From Lama guanicoe (Eukaryota), in the NCBI GenBank assembly GCA_013239625.1, contig MU054391.1:5911824-5975823 (forward strand): a stretch of 64,000 nucleotides of DNA. Direction: 5' to 3'. Shown here piece by piece: positions 60,416 to 64,000 of the stretch; the stretch's first letter is position 1, and each line of letters begins with the position of its first letter. Both the position numbers and the translations under genes were made by a program. The notes below the pieces were generated by a model, which was given only the letters and a program-made list of their open reading frames with translations, made no database searches and was not told where the DNA came from.

Positions 60416-61891
60416 GTGAGTATTTGGATGATACACCAACATATTTAGGACTTGCTAGATGTTACTTTCTGAAATCACATGGGGGTAGAAAAATGACTCT
60501 AAAATGACCAAATCAAAGAAATTACTAGCACCCATGGTTGTGTCTGCTCTGAAAAAGAGGCTTAAATTCACTTTATTAGCCAATCACTTGAAAAACAAAA
60601 GTTATGAGATTATTCCATTTTCGGAGGTGGAAGTGTACTGTTGAATGTCCAATCTAATGCTCTCTGAAAAAACATTCCTAGGGGGTCTGTATGGTGAGCT
60701 ACAACCTAGGTCTGATAGTTTTTACTTGTGGCAAATCTGTCAACCTACACCATGAGGCTGGTGCAAGGTGCAAAGGAGGATGCAAAGTAGAAGGTCACTT
60801 GCCTCTTAGGGAGCTTGTAACATAACAGAAAATAAGTCCTAGGAGTGTAAGTGGAGAGCTTACATAATAGCACAGAGGCAGCAGTGAAGCATGGGATTAA
60901 TTTAGGCACACAGCTATTTGAAATGATAGTTTATATTGGGGGATGATAGAGGAAGAATATAGGTGGCTTAGGGCCTATTTTACATTTTGAAGGTTGGAGA
61001 GGGAGGAGAGTTAGGAATGGCGTTTGAATAGTGTCGATACTAAGGTCGACTTGAAGATAGCAAATGTGGAACAGAAGTGGCAAAGCTGATGAGTAGGCTC
61101 TTGTAGATTACCTGGAAAAGTATGACGAGGGAAAATGAGTGGCGACATGAAAGGTTAGCAGGATTGAGGAAACTCTTTGGGGGTAAAAAGATTTGAACAT
61201 GTTTGCGGGCAGAAATGAAAAAAGAAAGTTAACGTCAGGGGGTGATTGGGATAAATGACCAGAAAGGGTAGGATCAGGAAGGCCTGGTGGGTAAGCTTTA
61301 AAAAACTAGAGAGGCAAGACCTAGGTTGACATGGAAAGAGTATGAAAGGAGCCCAGTGATCTGATGACCTTGGTCTCAGAAAATGAGGTCATCTGAGAAG
61401 GGGCAGGCTGGGGAATCAGTTGACTCCCACGGTGGGCACGGGGATAAGCTGGAGGTGGGAGGGGGTGATAAGGAAGACCCAGGTAAGTGTAGGGCCAATC
61501 AATTTGCTTTTCTGACCTGGGATCAACATTGTAGCATAGAATTACAGCAGGAAGCAACCTTGGGTTGTTTAGTTTATTGGCTTTAATTATTTCATTATAA
61601 ATGTGGCATTTGTGGCCCAAATAACTGACACAGTGTCACAATGAGGGGTTGGGGCATCTAAGTGGGTCATGGTCCGCATAGCTTAAACAGGCTTAGCAGT
61701 TAAGATTTTATGGTACTTCAAATTTAAAGAAGATAGGGCCTGTGAACCTTGCCATGACCTGGACTTGAAATCCTTAAGCCAATAAATGCTCTTGGTGTCA
61801 TAGACTGAGTTTTAGTGTTACTAGTTCTTGGGCTCAGTATGAACCAACGAATAACTAAATTAGTATTAACGTAAACCAAATAAATGTTGAG

Positions 61892-62025
61892 TTTTTTTTT
61901 TTAAATTTTGGGGAGAGGGTGGAGGTAATTAGGTTTTTATTTATTTTTAATGGAGGTACTGGGGATTGAACCCAGGACCTTGTGTGTGCTAGGCATGTGC
62001 TCTACCACTGAGCTATACCCTCCCC
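61892..62025 (-). mobile_element. Vic-1-like SINE in RRM2 intron 5
   Basis: ggaggtactggggattgaacccaggacc...ctctaccactgagctataccctcccc; TSD taaatgttgag at 61881-61891 and 62026-62036. Confidence 0.92.
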
Positions 62026-62193
62026 TAAATGTTGAGATTTTTGAAAACATCATAAAGGAGAAAGCAAAGCAGTCAGAGGAAAACATTTCAGCGTGAATCC
62101 CAGTTTGGCCTGAGTCCCAGCGCTCTTACTGGAAGCCTGCGATAGGAGGTCTTTGCGGGCACTGCTGATGTTCTCTGGGTCTGTGTCTACCAG

Positions 62194-62288
62194 GGAATTT
62201 CTTTTCAATGCCATTGAGACGATGCCTTGTGTAAAGAAGAAGGCAGACTGGGCCTTGCGCTGGATTGGGGACAAGGAGGCCACCTATG
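62194..62288 (+). CDS. RRM2: RRM2 exon 6
   Basis: [31 protein letters not shown](G); AG/GT; 95 nt. Confidence 0.97.
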
Positions 62289-62363
62289 GTAAGGATGCCT
62301 TGGCCCTATTACCCCTGAGCTCCGTTGTCTCATGATGTTACTGGTTTGGGGTCCTTCCTCTGA

Positions 62364-62690
<327 letters not shown>

Positions 62691-63396
62691 TAAATAATAT
62701 ACTGAAATTATTTCGCTCATTCTCAGTCTACATAGGTATTGCCCTATAGGTGATGGAATTTTTTAAGGGATGTTTTATAATTTCTACCAGTCTTCTGTGT
62801 GATTCTACTGTACTTCAAAGTTAGTTGGTAAGCATCCCAATGAAACGAGAATCCATTCTGGTCCATTGTAGGTCTTTGAATGTAGTTGGACTGAACTGCA
62901 GAAAGTAAAGGTGCCCAGACAATCTAGTGTAAATCCCATCAGCCTTACTCGGAGTTGAACGTACTAAGACTTGCAGACTTGATTCGCTTGAAATTGCATT
63001 ACCGATTTCCTGAACGCTGGGTTGTAAATCTGAGGACTAACTGGCCTAGTCAGTTTTGCCTTTACCTGCTAAGAGTAGTGGCAACATTGGGAGCTCACAG
63101 CTGCAGAGATAAAGTGCTTTCAGTGCAAGTTCTGTCCAGTCCTTCGCCACCACCCAGAGCAGCAAGGACCAGACCTGGCCTCCTGTCATCCAGGGGGCAG
63201 CCGTGAGGGCTTAGGTGGGTCTGAGCCTGCACAGGTGTCACAGCAGTTGAGTCATCTTCCCTTCCAGAGTTTAAGTGCTTTTAGTCCGGCCATGCAAGAT
63301 GTATCAGGAAAATGCAGAACATCAGAAAGCAAGTTCCCCTTCCACATTAGTGATAAAAGTGCTGGTTTCATAGTAATCTTAAACCTTTCCTTCTAG

Positions 63397-63501
63397 GGTT
63401 TACACTGTGACTTTGCCTGCCTGATGTTCAAACACCTGGTACACAAACCTTCGGAGCAGAGAGTAAAAGAAATAATTGTCAATGCAGTTAGGATAGAACA
63501 G
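63397..63501 (+). CDS. RRM2: RRM2 exon 8
   Basis: [39 protein letters not shown]; 105 nt. Confidence 0.97.
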
Positions 63502-63584
63502 GTAGGTGACGTGTGGGGGTCTCGTGCTTGCTGAAGGACATCTTTATGCTGCTGTTTTACTAAGAAGCTGTATTTGGTCCCTAG

Positions 63585-63713
<129 letters not shown>

Positions 63714-63776
63714 TAGCCCTCTGGTTCTTTTTGAAACTGGTGTTCTGTATTGATGTTCTGCTGTGAACCTTTTCAG

Positions 63777-63929
63777 ATTTTCCGAGTAGAAAATCCATTT
63801 GACTTTATGGAGAATATTTCACTGGAAGGGAAGACTAACTTCTTTGAGAAGAGAGTAGGCGAGTATCAGAGGATGGGAGTGATGTCCAGTCCAACAGAGA
63901 ATTCTTTTACCTTGGATGCTGACTTCTAA
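63777..63929 (+). CDS. RRM2: RRM2 exon 10 (C-terminal R1-binding tail FTLDADF)
   Basis: [53 protein letters not shown] 63927-63929. The ten exons sum to 1179 nt = 392 aa + stop. Confidence 0.97.
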   Translation: MFRVENPFDFMENISLEGKTNFFEKRVGEYQRMGVMSSPTENSFTLDADF

Positions 63930-64000
63930 GTGAACTGAAGATATGCTCTCATTTTGCTGATTTTTCTTTTTTTCCCTTCTCACCAAAAGAGAAAAAATCA

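Overview
Mammalian (eutherian) genomic DNA, most likely from a camelid (camel/alpaca), judged from seven copies of a tRNA-derived SINE matching the camelid Vic-1 family. It covers the syntenic block KLF11 - CYS1 - RRM2. The window holds (1) the last two coding exons and 3' UTR of KLF11 on + (1039-2005, 4977-5257); (2) CYS1 (cystin-1) on -, with coding exons 2 and 3 visible (17722-17667, 15255-15150) and exon 1 probably hidden in a 595-nt N gap (31054-31648) inside a CpG island; and (3) the complete 10-exon coding region of RRM2 on + (58702-63929, 392 aa, all GT-AG introns, frame intact). The rest is intronic/intergenic DNA with MIR, L2, L1, MLT/LTR, MER and Vic-1 repeats and microsatellites. 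I see no prokaryotic-type system, CRISPR array or convincing novel protein-coding gene, and nearly all other ORFs in the track are chance or repeat-derived. The best leads are regulatory: an RFX X-box/forkhead cluster about 8 kb upstream of the ciliary gene CYS1, an orphan CpG island between the convergent KLF11 and CYS1 3' ends, a second promoter-like island 2 kb upstream of RRM2, and an E2F/CTCF cluster in RRM2 intron 2. There is also an Arg>Cys change in the conserved SVIRHT motif of KLF11 and several small retroinsertions with target-site duplications. Gene and repeat identities come from recalled sequence similarity, not database searches, and repeat boundaries are approximate.
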